Source of the DNA: Nitrospinaceae bacterium
Lineage (GTDB): Bacteria > Nitrospinota > Nitrospinia > Nitrospinales > Nitrospinaceae
Length of the DNA: 64,000 nt
Assembly: GCA_965223665.1 (NCBI GenBank)
Contig: OZ245011.1
Coordinates: 1,888,001-1,952,000, forward strand
Reading direction: 5' to 3'
The stretch's first letter is position 1. Each line of letters starts with the position of its first letter. A program made the translations under genes and the position numbers. Positions 46,500-56,395 of the stretch are shown here, in pieces. The notes under the pieces are model-generated. The model ran no database searches and had not been told where the DNA came from. It was given only the letters and a program-made list of their open reading frames with translations.

Positions 46500-47549
46500 A
46501 TGCGAAAAGTTTTAAGTTCACTGGTTCTCATTCTATCGATCTTTCTTTTTTATTCATCTGCCTTCGCAGTTACGGATACATTTACGAATCCCGAAGACAG
46601 TTATGTACGAAGCACTTCGCCCACGGCCAACTATGGATTCGATACACGTTTACTTGCGGATGGCGTTGCGGAAGATCCGGACAATGGATTGTTCGGAGAA
46701 GTGGTGACTATGGTTCAATGGGACATTACTTCTATTCCTTCATCCGCAACCGTCACCGGAGTTTCAGTTACCTTTAATTACTCGGATGCCAGTTCGGGTC
46801 CCTACAATATTTATTCACAAGATAACCCATGGGCGGAGAACACAGTCGATTGGAACGATTTGGATCAGGGACCCAACATATTAGGAACCGTGCCGCCTTT
46901 TACCTTTGGCCTGGGAACCCATGCCTTGAATGCAAACGGAGTGGCGTTGGTTCAGGGTTGGGTGGACGGTTCGATTCCGAATAACGGAATCATGGTTCGG
47001 TCCGGTGGAACCAATAACGGAATTACCATGAACTCCGCACAATCTGCGAGCCGAGCCCCGGTTTTGCAAGTCACTTATACCAACAACAGTACGCAATACT
47101 ACACCGTTTCTCCCTGTGCCTTTCGCGCCAGAAACACGGTGAACACCTCGACCTGTGGAATAGGGCAAGGGGGAATCAAGTATGACGGAACCGGTCCGGG
47201 AATTATAGCCCCCGTCAATTTACCGCATGGCGCTGTCATTACAGAAATCACCGCTTACTTCAGGGACAACGACAAAAGCGTTCGACTCTGGTTCCGTTTT
47301 TTGAGAGAAGGCTTAACCGTTGGAACTTTTGGAACGATTGGTGCGGGTTTATCCAGTGGAGCCGATCCGAGTTACCGGTCCGTCAGCTTTGCACCGGTTC
47401 CCACAACTTCACCCAGAGTCGACAACCTGTCCAGCAGTCTGGTGATATTGGCCATACCTATTAATGAAGCGGACTTTTCCGTTACCACGTGGCCCACAGA
47501 CAACTCATTACTGGTCAAAGGAATCGTCATTGAATACGAGGTGCCTTAA
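46500..47549 (+). CDS. Secreted DNRLRE-like domain protein, type B; paralog 8
   Basis: GGAGG RBS before ATG 46500; C-domain TVSPCAFR...APVNLPHGAVI...WPTD...KGIVIEY. Confidence 0.9.
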   Translation: MRKVLSSLVLILSIFLFYSSAFAVTDTFTNPEDSYVRSTSPTANYGFDTRLLADGVAEDPDNGLFGEVVTMVQWDITSIPSSATVTGVSVTFNYSDASSGPYNIYSQDNPWAENTVDWNDLDQGPNILGTVPPFTFGLGTHALNANGVALVQGWVDGSIPNNGIMVRSGGTNNGITMNSAQSASRAPVLQVTYTNNSTQYYTVSPCAFRARNTVNTSTCGIGQGGIKYDGTGPGIIAPVNLPHGAVITEITAYFRDNDKSVRLWFRFLREGLTVGTFGTIGAGLSSGADPSYRSVSFAPVPTTSPRVDNLSSSLVILAIPINEADFSVTTWPTDNSLLVKGIVIEYEVP

Positions 47550-47646
47550 GACACTTATGTAAATTTTAATTTCAAATATTTTTCCCGGGCTGCCTTTAGG
47601 GCAGCCACACACATCACATTGTTTTAATCATGAACTGGAGGGAGTC

Positions 47647-48111
47647 ATGAAAAAATTTAGTTACGCAGTCAGTATGATCTTGGTTTTTGGTTTGAGTTTA
47701 ATAGCAGAAAACTCTTTCGCCAGTGAGCAGGGGTTTTCATCTTGTATTCCTACCGATACTTATACCCTGTCTAAAAAGAAAGGAGTGAAATGGGAAGGCA
47801 AGTCCCTGGACTGTAAGAAAAAAGATGCAGAGTCTATCGCTCTAGCCCGTTTAAAGAACAAGAGTAAAGCCGAATGCGGACATGTGGATTGTTCGCAACA
47901 TTGCGCCGCCGGTTGGATAGCCGATCAGAATAACTCGCCTTGTATTCCTAAAGAAGCCAATATGACCTGGAAGGATTTGTACCGAGACAAAGTCGAGGAC
48001 AAGGTGTGCGGAAAGTGGCCGGCAAGAACTCGCAAGTGGCACGCCAAGGTGGTATCGGATCCGGTGTGTGGGTGCATTTGCGACAAAACACCCATCAACC
48101 CAAAAAAATAA
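47647..48111 (+). CDS. Small secreted Cys/Lys-rich protein
   Basis: GGAGG RBS; signal peptide ending SFA; 10 Cys. Confidence 0.85.
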   Translation: MKKFSYAVSMILVFGLSLIAENSFASEQGFSSCIPTDTYTLSKKKGVKWEGKSLDCKKKDAESIALARLKNKSKAECGHVDCSQHCAAGWIADQNNSPCIPKEANMTWKDLYRDKVEDKVCGKWPARTRKWHAKVVSDPVCGCICDKTPINPKK

Positions 48112-48189
48112 AACAACACTAACAACAAGTAATCAATCTTAACTTCTGAATCACAAGAAGATCACACACTTCTTTATGGAGGGGATTCC

Positions 48190-50019
48190 ATGCGAAGGCT
48201 AAAGATTTTTACCTTAACATTACTCGCTTTAATTTTCACTTATGGTGTGGCTTCGGCCACACTATGTAAAACAAACAAGATCACTCAACGTCACCGAAAC
48301 GAAACGAAAGTCATGGAGAGCGAACCCTATGCTTCCGGCGTATACAAAGGGTTCTCTCAATACAATTCGAGAGTGCTGGCCTGTAACAGAGAGCGTGACT
48401 CCAATGGCAAAGGAGTGGAACAGGTATCTAAATCTCCTTTCACTTACCCGGAGGATTTACCGGCCAAGCTCATTACCGGAAAGATTCATTACCACGGTGT
48501 GTTTCCTTTTCGCTATTTCTATGAACTCAAACGTGCCAAAGGAGTCTGGACGGTCACCTCTTACCTGCAAATGCATTATCCTTCTTTGAAGCATGCCAAA
48601 AAACTGGAAGTGAGTGAATATCTTTTGGAAGATTTAGGAATCAAATGCGCAAAGGATAACATCGTGCAACGCAAAAAAAAGGTCGGTTATACCGCTTGCC
48701 GCATGGATCGTGACCGCAAGATTGATGGAAAGACCATCGTCCATCATTACAAAGAATTCTGGCGGCGGAATATCGAAAAATTCTGGAGCAAGGCCGGCTT
48801 TACGGTAAAGGTAAAATTTGTTCCGGAAGAAGTTTCCGACCAAAGGTACAAAGATTTAAAGAAGGCAAACGCAATCTGGCATGTACGATTGAATCATAAC
48901 AAGTCGACACGCGCAATGTACAAAGGGTCCACCTTATTAGGAAGACCGCATCCGTTGTACGCAGGGATGGATCGCGAAACGATTATCCATGAATACGGTC
49001 ATACGCTGGGTTTCGATGATGAATATCAGGAAACTCTTACCCAGGACTCCACTGTTCTTGGGAATAAAATCGATACACGGATTGATTTGGGGGATAATTG
49101 CGAGACCATTCTTCAAAACAAAAGTGGCACTGGAGACGTAGCAATAAAAAATAGAGGAAACAGTTCTTACATCATGTGCCAAAACACTGACTCCCAAAAT
49201 ATAAATTTTGATGACAATCCCGAAACTGAAGAGTTCGATTATTTTAAGGATCATTCGAAAGGTGTGTATTCATGGATCGCCACTTCACGCTATGGCACTT
49301 CCGGATATTGTAAGGACGATGAAGACTGCCCGGATAGACAATTTTGTGATAAAGGCGGCATTGCGGGAGTCGGAACCAATCAGTGTAAACCGGGACATAA
49401 AGATCATTACAAAGTTTGTAGTCGCGGAAACCAATGCGCTTCCGGTTCTTGTAAGATGGGCACCTGTTACACACCCAAATCAGCCGGTATGGGAGACACC
49501 TGTTACGTCAACGATGAATGTTCGATTGGTAAATGCAGCAGTACCGGCGGACTTAAGGGAACTTGTGTGTGCGATGACGACAAGCAATGCGGAACCGGAA
49601 AGTATTGCGACAAAGGAGTTGATTTAACCAAAAACGCATGTAAACCACTTAAGGACGATGGCGAAGCCTGCCCTGCCGTGGGGGGTGCGCACACCTGCAA
49701 ATCCGGAAAATGTTCTTATGGACGTTGTTACACTTCAGGGTCCGTTCCCATGGGAGGAACCTGTTTTGTCAGTGATGCCTGCGCCAAGGGTAAATGCAGC
49801 AGCATTCCCGGAGTGAAAGGGCAATGCGTCTGTAATGATGATAACCAGTGCGGCAAAGGTTTTTGGTGTAACAAAGGACTGGATCTGAAAATGAACAGTT
49901 GCGAACCAAAACTTAAAAAAGGCGAAGTCTGCGGTAAGGTGGGTGAAGTGGGCGTTGGCCACCGCTGCAAATCCGGCAAGTGCAAAGCCGGCTTCGGCGT
50001 TAATTTGAAATGTAAATAG
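48190..50019 (+). CDS. Secreted zinc metalloprotease with Cys-rich repeat tail
   Basis: Signal peptide; HEYGHTLGFDDEY; SYIM Met-turn; about 2.5 copies of an ~87-aa Cys-rich unit. Confidence 0.88.
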   Translation: MRRLKIFTLTLLALIFTYGVASATLCKTNKITQRHRNETKVMESEPYASGVYKGFSQYNSRVLACNRERDSNGKGVEQVSKSPFTYPEDLPAKLITGKIHYHGVFPFRYFYELKRAKGVWTVTSYLQMHYPSLKHAKKLEVSEYLLEDLGIKCAKDNIVQRKKKVGYTACRMDRDRKIDGKTIVHHYKEFWRRNIEKFWSKAGFTVKVKFVPEEVSDQRYKDLKKANAIWHVRLNHNKSTRAMYKGSTLLGRPHPLYAGMDRETIIHEYGHTLGFDDEYQETLTQDSTVLGNKIDTRIDLGDNCETILQNKSGTGDVAIKNRGNSSYIMCQNTDSQNINFDDNPETEEFDYFKDHSKGVYSWIATSRYGTSGYCKDDEDCPDRQFCDKGGIAGVGTNQCKPGHKDHYKVCSRGNQCASGSCKMGTCYTPKSAGMGDTCYVNDECSIGKCSSTGGLKGTCVCDDDKQCGTGKYCDKGVDLTKNACKPLKDDGEACPAVGGAHTCKSGKCSYGRCYTSGSVPMGGTCFVSDACAKGKCSSIPGVKGQCVCNDDNQCGKGFWCNKGLDLKMNSCEPKLKKGEVCGKVGEVGVGHRCKSGKCKAGFGVNLKCK

Positions 50020-50054
50020 TTTGCCTGGAGCATCATGCTGCTCCTCTTCCGATT

Positions 50055-50082
50055 GAGTGGGTTCTATATATAGAACCCACTC
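50055..50082. repeat. Perfect 28-bp palindrome
   Basis: GAGTGGGTTCTATATATAGAACCCACTC; degenerate copy at 51483. Confidence 0.85.
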
Positions 50083-50257
50083 GATACGGGAAACTCTATA
50101 TTTGTGTAATACTTCACAGTTTGTTTTTGGCCCGGTAACGGATAATCCAACTGTGGGAAGGGTTATTTTTTACTCCAATCCATTATTTACTTTAAAATTA
50201 ATTTCCTTGAATTTCGCCTCCTTACCTTCAGGATGTTTTTTTTCGGCTTTCCTGTAA

Positions 50258-50287
50258 TTGACAATCCCCCAAAAAACAGAGTAATTT
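50258..50287 (+). promoter_or_regulatory. Sigma70-type promoter for paralog 9
   Basis: TTGACA-18bp-TAATTT; homologous to the promoter at 51710. Confidence 0.55.
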
Positions 50288-50342
50288 CTCCCTGAATTCC
50301 AATATCGAATATCCAAAAAAATTTTTATGGGGAGGACCAGAC

Positions 50343-51392
50343 ATGAAAAGATTTTTTGCGTCTCTATTAATTACGGCTTTAGTCATTACAAGCCACTCAG
50401 CGGCCTTTGCAGTAACCGATATTTTCTTCAAACCCGAAGACAGCTATGTGCGGGAATCTTCTCCGGACAAAAACTATGGAGCCGAATCTGTTCTAATTGC
50501 TGATGGAGTATCCCAGGATCCGGATAATGGCATCTTTGGCGAAGTGGTGACTTTGGCCCAATGGGATATTTCTTCCATACCGCCGACCGCAACCATCACT
50601 GGCGTTAATCTTTTATTTCACTATTCCAACTCCAGTTCCGGTTCCTATAATATCTACCCACAAAATTCTGCATGGTCCGAAGGCACCGTCACCTGGAATG
50701 ATTTGGATCAAGGTGGTCCGTTATTGGGCACCATTCCCCCTCTCACATTCGGCCAGGGAATTCATCCGTTGAACGCCGATGGTATTGCTTTAGTACAGGG
50801 TTGGGTGGATGGTTCTATTCTTAATAACGGATTGATGGTTCGTAGCGGTGGCACCAATGATGGAATTGCTATGGACTCGAAAGATTCAGGAGGACGACCC
50901 CCAACGCTGGAAATCACGTACAGGGATATCAAGTCCCATTATTATACTGTGGGGCCTTGTCAATTTAGAGGAAGAGACTCTACTGAGAAAACCCTATGTG
51001 GCCTTGGCACCGGTGGAGTGAGTTATGACGGGGCGAGTCGATTGGGGATTGTTGCTCCCGTTAATCTACCTCATGAGGCAGTTATCAAAAATATCACCGT
51101 TCATTATTTAGATACCAATCCTTCCGTAAGACTCTTTTTTGATTTTCAAAGGGAAAGTTTATCCAATGGTTTCTTTCAAACCATAGGCGAAGGATTTTCC
51201 AATACCGGTTTGGGTTTTCAATCCATAAGTTATGGTCCCGTACCTGCAATTTCTCCGAGAGTGAATAATTTGACCCATAGCTTGGTCTTTCAGGTAGTGG
51301 CGGTCAGAGAAACGGATCAAAGTTTACTCCCCTGGCCGACAGACAGTTCGTTACTTGTTAAGGGTGTGGTGATTGAGTATATACTGCCATAA
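50343..51392 (+). CDS. Secreted DNRLRE-like domain protein, type B; paralog 9
   Basis: GGAGGA RBS; family N-domain; APVNLPHEAVI; ends KGVVIEYILP. Confidence 0.9.
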   Translation: MKRFFASLLITALVITSHSAAFAVTDIFFKPEDSYVRESSPDKNYGAESVLIADGVSQDPDNGIFGEVVTLAQWDISSIPPTATITGVNLLFHYSNSSSGSYNIYPQNSAWSEGTVTWNDLDQGGPLLGTIPPLTFGQGIHPLNADGIALVQGWVDGSILNNGLMVRSGGTNDGIAMDSKDSGGRPPTLEITYRDIKSHYYTVGPCQFRGRDSTEKTLCGLGTGGVSYDGASRLGIVAPVNLPHEAVIKNITVHYLDTNPSVRLFFDFQRESLSNGFFQTIGEGFSNTGLGFQSISYGPVPAISPRVNNLTHSLVFQVVAVRETDQSLLPWPTDSSLLVKGVVIEYILP

Positions 51393-51422
51393 TATTAATT
51401 TTTCGGTATAAGAGTATAGAAA

Positions 51423-51464
51423 CTTGCGGGTGGAGCAAAGCCGATTTACCACCCGCAAGCTTTT
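51423..51464 (+). terminator. Intrinsic terminator (type B family hairpin)
   Basis: CTTGCGGGTGG...CCACCCGCAAG followed by ctttt. Confidence 0.75.
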
Positions 51465-51709
51465 ACCTTTATCTTTCCCCTTGAGTAGGTTCTATATATA
51501 TCGAAACAATTCGATACAACGGAGCATTTTCTCCAATTGCCACTCTACCTAATCGAATTATCTTGCAGCTATCTTTTGGGAAAATTCGGAAATTCCATAT
51601 GCAGGACCCACCAACAAGGTTGATTTTTATAGAGCTAAGATATTCAAATTAAACTCCTTGTAATTCTTTTTATTACCTATCCTAACCCCATTTTACCCCT
51701 ACCCAAAAA

Positions 51710-51738
51710 TTGACAATACTACCTAAAAGGAGTAGTTT
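51710..51738 (+). promoter_or_regulatory. Sigma70-type promoter for paralog 10
   Basis: TTGACA-17bp-TAGTTT. Confidence 0.6.
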
Positions 51739-51781
51739 TCAGGGAAAATTCTACTTTCATTACTAATTTAGGGAGGGACTC

Positions 51782-52834
51782 ATGAAAAGGGTGATTCAAT
51801 TTTTACTGATCCAATGCTTGCTGCTGTTTTCTTTTAATTCCGCATTGGCGGTGACTGCCTCGCTTCTCAATCCGGACGACAGTTACCTGCGCAGCACTTC
51901 TCCGACAACTAATTACGGCTCAGAACCTGTTTTGATTGCAGACGGAGTTTCGCAGGATCCCGACAATGGAATTTATGGCGAAGTGGTGACGGTGGTTCAA
52001 TGGAACGTGGCTTCCATCCCGTCCACGGCAACAGTGACCGGAGTCAATGTCATATTTAATTATTCCGATGCCAGTTCGGCGCCCTATGAATTTCATGCGC
52101 AGGAATCCGCGTGGTCCGAAGGGTCTGTCACCTGGAATGATTTAAATGAAGGCGCCAACATATTGGGTACGATTCCTGCTTTCACTTTTGGCCAGGGAAC
52201 TCATCCGCTCAATGCCAGCGGAATCGCTTTAGTTCAGGGCTGGATCGACGGTTCGATCAATAACAACGGATTGGTGGTTCGTACCAGCGGAACCAATAAT
52301 GGAATTGCTATGGACTCAAAAGAAGGTGGTCGCAGCCCGGTTCTGGAAATAACTTACACCGATGTCAAATCGTATTTTCACACTGTTTCCCCCTGTGCAT
52401 TTAGAGGACGAGACTCTACAGAAAAAACCATTTGTGGTACAGGTCAGGGAGGAACTCGATATGAAGGGACATCTAATTTTGGCATTGCCGCTCCCGTTAA
52501 CCTTCCTCACGGAGCAGTCATTAAAAATATAACCGTACACTTTAAGGATGAAAGTTTTACGGCAAGATTGTGGGTCCGGTTTTCGAGGGAAAGTCTGAGC
52601 GCGGGTTTCTTTTCTCTTATAGGTCAGGGATTCTCCACCAATGGAACTGGTTACCAATCCATCAGTTTTCCTCCAGAGCCTGTAATTTCTCATACGATCG
52701 ACAATCAAACTTCCAGCCTGGTGATCACCGCAAGCTCTATTAATGAAGCAGATTTTAGTTCAGCCTCATGGCCCACAGACAATACCTTAATGCTCAAGGG
52801 AGTGGTGATTGAGTACACGCTTCCGGAAAATTAA
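51782..52834 (+). CDS. Secreted DNRLRE-like domain protein, type B; paralog 10
   Basis: GGAGG RBS; family N-domain; APVNLPHGAVI; ends KGVVIEYTLPEN. Confidence 0.9.
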   Translation: MKRVIQFLLIQCLLLFSFNSALAVTASLLNPDDSYLRSTSPTTNYGSEPVLIADGVSQDPDNGIYGEVVTVVQWNVASIPSTATVTGVNVIFNYSDASSAPYEFHAQESAWSEGSVTWNDLNEGANILGTIPAFTFGQGTHPLNASGIALVQGWIDGSINNNGLVVRTSGTNNGIAMDSKEGGRSPVLEITYTDVKSYFHTVSPCAFRGRDSTEKTICGTGQGGTRYEGTSNFGIAAPVNLPHGAVIKNITVHFKDESFTARLWVRFSRESLSAGFFSLIGQGFSTNGTGYQSISFPPEPVISHTIDNQTSSLVITASSINEADFSSASWPTDNTLMLKGVVIEYTLPEN

Positions 52835-52855
52835 CCTGACGGCAATCCAAAACTG

Positions 52856-52898
52856 AAGCTTGCGGGTGTAGCAAATTCAATTTGCCTCCCGCAAGTTT
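52856..52898 (+). terminator. Terminator-like hairpin (type B family)
   Basis: AAGCTTGCGGG...GCAAAT-tca-ATTTGC...CCCGCAAGTTT; homologous to 51423. Confidence 0.7.
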
Positions 52899-53329
52899 CG
52901 GTATCCATCAAGGATACAACTGATTGGAGAAACACCCTGTCCTATTCCTTTTTTCCAAGTACGCCAGGTTTTCGACTTTTATAAAAAATCGACCACACAA
53001 CAGATTTTTTCAAAGAAAATTTCTGATATTCGTCAGCACAGAAACCACTACTGAGAGCGAGTTGTGCTCTTGAATTTAAAATTCATTTTCATTTTAAAAA
53101 TTCAAACTTGAATTCCTTCTCGGCTGAAACGTGATTTAATTTTGAAAAAGAAATTGGATCCTGAAAGTATTCACTGGATGGTTTTCTTCGAGTCTATCCA
53201 TCCTCAGTTTCATAAAAATTTAATTCCACTATTATGCTGTTCATAGGGACCGGTTATTTGTTAGAATGCGAAAGTAAAACAATATTTTGATTTATCTAAA
53301 ATATTTGACTTGTGCTTAAAGGATTTCCT

Positions 53330-54247
53330 ATGAATTTGGAATTGAGGTTCCATGGTAGGGGAGGCCAGGGAATCAAAACCGCCGCACAGATTGTGGGGTC
53401 GGCTGCATTTTTTTCAGGATACCAGGCACAAGACTTTCCTTTATACGGGGCGGAACGCCGAGGGGCTCCCATTGTTGCTTTTACTCGCATCAGTGAACAC
53501 CCCATTCAAGAGCGTGGGCCGATCACCCAACCCAACATTTTAATGGTAGGCGACCCTACTCTTCTGAATGATCCGCAGGCCGCTCCCCTTTGCGGTATAG
53601 ACGAAAACGCAATAGTTTTTATCAACACAAAAGAAAACGAAGAAGCTTTAAAAAAAAGATTCAGTCTTTTACATGCTCTTATCACTTTGAACTTTACAGA
53701 TTTATGCATTTCATTTTTAGGAAAAGCTAATATTATAAGTTCTGCCTTAGCTGCCGCTGCTGCAAAAATCACCCAAAAAATCAGCATAGAAAATTTACAT
53801 GCTGCTATCGAAACCGAGCTGGAAGATCAAGGCTTTTCCTCAGACCTTGTCCAAAAGAATCTTCAACTGAGTGATGAAATTTTTAACAAAACCCCTATCC
53901 TTCCCATTAAACCCAGGGAAGAACATGCGATCCAACCCAATAAATTAATTAAATTGGGTCAACAATCCGTAGTGGATGCCGCCCCCATTATTCTTTCTCA
54001 TAGCAATATGGATTTGAGAAAGACTGGGAACTGGCGTTTGAACCGACCCGTCATCGAAAAAGAAAAGTGCAGTCATTGTTTGCTTTGTTATGCGCGGTGC
54101 CCTGAGGGAGTGATCGCAATAGACGACAGGGGAGAACCTTCAATTGACTATGAACACTGCAAAGGTTGCATGATTTGCGCACAGGAATGCCCCTTGCGGA
54201 TTATCAAGACAGTAAAAGAAGAAGACTTGGAAAATGGTCACACATAA
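53330..54247 (+). CDS. 2-oxoacid:ferredoxin oxidoreductase gamma-delta fusion subunit
   Basis: RFHGRGGQG, YGAERRGAP; C-terminal TGNWR plus two CxxCxxCxxxCP clusters. Confidence 0.93.
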   Translation: MNLELRFHGRGGQGIKTAAQIVGSAAFFSGYQAQDFPLYGAERRGAPIVAFTRISEHPIQERGPITQPNILMVGDPTLLNDPQAAPLCGIDENAIVFINTKENEEALKKRFSLLHALITLNFTDLCISFLGKANIISSALAAAAAKITQKISIENLHAAIETELEDQGFSSDLVQKNLQLSDEIFNKTPILPIKPREEHAIQPNKLIKLGQQSVVDAAPIILSHSNMDLRKTGNWRLNRPVIEKEKCSHCLLCYARCPEGVIAIDDRGEPSIDYEHCKGCMICAQECPLRIIKTVKEEDLENGHT

Positions 54248-55448
54248 AAAGAAAATGTTAACCGGTAACAAAGCGGCCGCGTGGGGAGCCCGGTTGGCCG
54301 GTGTACAATATGTTCCGGCTTTTCCCATCACCCCTCAAACTGAAATAGTGGAAACCCTTTCTCAATGGATGGCCAATGGCAAAATGCAGGGGAAATACAC
54401 TAATATGGACTCAGAACATTCCATGTTTATGGCTGCGGGAGGGGCAGCGGCCTCAGGAGTTCGGGTGTTTACCGCTTCTTCCAGCCAGGGAATTTTACAT
54501 GGAATGGAATCGATCTATACCGTTGTGGGATGGCGGGTTCCTTTTGTTATGGTTAATGTCTCACGGGCGTTGGCAACGCCGATCACGCTGGAACCGGATC
54601 ACAACGATGTCATGAGCACCCGTGATTGTGGTTTGGTACAGTTGCATGCGGAAACCTGTCAGGAAATTTTAGATTTTGTTTTGTTGGCCTATGCTCTGGC
54701 AGAATCTCCTGAGGTTTGTTTACCCGTACTTATCAATATGGATGGATTTTATTTGTCCTTTACCCGGGAGCCCATCATTTTGCCTGATGCAGAGGAAGTC
54801 AAACAATTCCTTCCGCCTTTCAAACCGGTTCAACCTGTATTTCAGGGTTCGCGGCCCATGTCCAGGGCATCTGCTGTATTTGGCGGAGGAACTTATACTT
54901 ATTTTAAAATCCAGCAAGACCTGGCTGCCCGAAAGGCAGAAGATATTTTTATCGAAAAGGCGAGAGAGTTTGGAGATCGTTTTGGCCGTTATCATGAGAC
55001 GGTCGAACAGTTTCACGTGGAAGATGCGGATTATATTTTTGTGATGAGCAATTCGTTTGCCACTAAGGGGAAATCTGCTGTGCTCAAACTCCGTGCTCAG
55101 GGGATCAAGGTGGGTTTAATAAAACTGATAATGTTTCGCCCTTTTCCGAAAAAAGCAATTGCTGACGCCTTAAACGGAAAGCGCAAAATTGCAGTATTTG
55201 ATCAAAACCTGGCACCTGGTATGGGGGGAATCACCTATCCGGAAATTGTTACCGCTGTGCATTCCCGGCATCAGGAGCACCAAACCATTCTTTCTGTCAT
55301 TGGTGGATTGGGTGGCAAGGATATCACAGATGAAGATTTTTTGACGGTGATTCAGTATTTAGATAAGGAAGACTTTCATGACCCTTTATTTCTATATGAT
55401 GAAAAAGATTGGAATCAATTTCAAAAAATAAAAGACATCGCAAAGTAG
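54234..55448 (+). CDS. 2-oxoacid:ferredoxin oxidoreductase alpha subunit
   Basis: GNKAAA, FPITPQT, SEHS, TASSSQG, DGFYLS, FRPFP, GLGG. Confidence 0.93.
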   Translation: MVTHKKKMLTGNKAAAWGARLAGVQYVPAFPITPQTEIVETLSQWMANGKMQGKYTNMDSEHSMFMAAGGAAASGVRVFTASSSQGILHGMESIYTVVGWRVPFVMVNVSRALATPITLEPDHNDVMSTRDCGLVQLHAETCQEILDFVLLAYALAESPEVCLPVLINMDGFYLSFTREPIILPDAEEVKQFLPPFKPVQPVFQGSRPMSRASAVFGGGTYTYFKIQQDLAARKAEDIFIEKAREFGDRFGRYHETVEQFHVEDADYIFVMSNSFATKGKSAVLKLRAQGIKVGLIKLIMFRPFPKKAIADALNGKRKIAVFDQNLAPGMGGITYPEIVTAVHSRHQEHQTILSVIGGLGGKDITDEDFLTVIQYLDKEDFHDPLFLYDEKDWNQFQKIKDIAK

Positions 55449-55465
55449 TTTGAAAAGGAAACTTA

Positions 55466-56395
55466 ATGACCAGTTCCACCCATTATAAGAGAATAAAAGA
55501 TTTACATCCTCACGAGGCCGTGAAACCCGGGACGGCGTTATGTGCCGGTTGTGGGGGGTTGGCGGGTTTACGTTTGGCACTGAAAGAGTTGGGCAATGAG
55601 GTTCTGATTTGTAATGCGGCAGGATGCTTTACCCTATTATCCATTTTCCCATTCACCCCATTTGAAGGCTCCTGGCTTTACACCACTATGGCCGGCCCGG
55701 TTCCAGCGGCACAGGGGATTCGGGATGCATTGAATATCAGACTGCAAAATAAAAGTTTATCTGAAAAAGAAAACTTACTCGTGATGGTGGTAGCAGGAGA
55801 CGGATCTTCTGCAGATATGGGGTTAGGTCCCACCTCTGCAGCGATCCACCGTAATCTGGATTTTATTTACTATTGTTATGATAACGAAGCCTATGGGAAT
55901 ACCGGGTTTCAACTTTCCGCCTCATCTCCTTATGGGGGTGCAACTGAAACCACACCTGTGACTCAGGAACATCCTTTGGGATCGGAAATTAAAAAGAAAG
56001 ATTTGTTTGAAATCTGGAAAGCCCAAAACCCGACTTATATTGCAACGGTTTCTCCCCGTGAACCTCTTGATTTATCCAATAAGTTTGCTAAAGCAAAGGA
56101 AATGAAGGGTCCTCGTTTATTTATCTGTATGTCGCCCTGCCCGACTGGTTGGGGATTTGATCCTAAGGAAATGCAATTGATTGCAAAACTGGCGGTAGAT
56201 ACAGGGATATTTCCTCTAAAGGAATATGTAGATGGTGAAACCATCCATACCAAGAAACCCAGAAAACGAATTCCGGTTGAAAAGTTTTTAGAACGGCAAA
56301 AACGGTTCCAACATTTGTTTGTACCGAATCGGCAGGATTCCATCATAAAAGAGATTCAGAGAAATGTAGATAACTATTGGAAACAATATGAGTGA
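55466..56395 (+). CDS. 2-oxoacid:ferredoxin oxidoreductase beta (TPP-binding) subunit
   Basis: CAGCG, GDG...YDNEAYGNTGFQ, SPCPTGW. Confidence 0.93.
   Translation: MTSSTHYKRIKDLHPHEAVKPGTALCAGCGGLAGLRLALKELGNEVLICNAAGCFTLLSIFPFTPFEGSWLYTTMAGPVPAAQGIRDALNIRLQNKSLSEKENLLVMVVAGDGSSADMGLGPTSAAIHRNLDFIYYCYDNEAYGNTGFQLSASSPYGGATETTPVTQEHPLGSEIKKKDLFEIWKAQNPTYIATVSPREPLDLSNKFAKAKEMKGPRLFICMSPCPTGWGFDPKEMQLIAKLAVDTGIFPLKEYVDGETIHTKKPRKRIPVEKFLERQKRFQHLFVPNRQDSIIKEIQRNVDNYWKQYE

Noticed and set aside
53286-53325. FNR-like boxes upstream of the OFOR operon
   Set aside because: Only TTGA(T/C) half-sites; the second half does not match ATCAA
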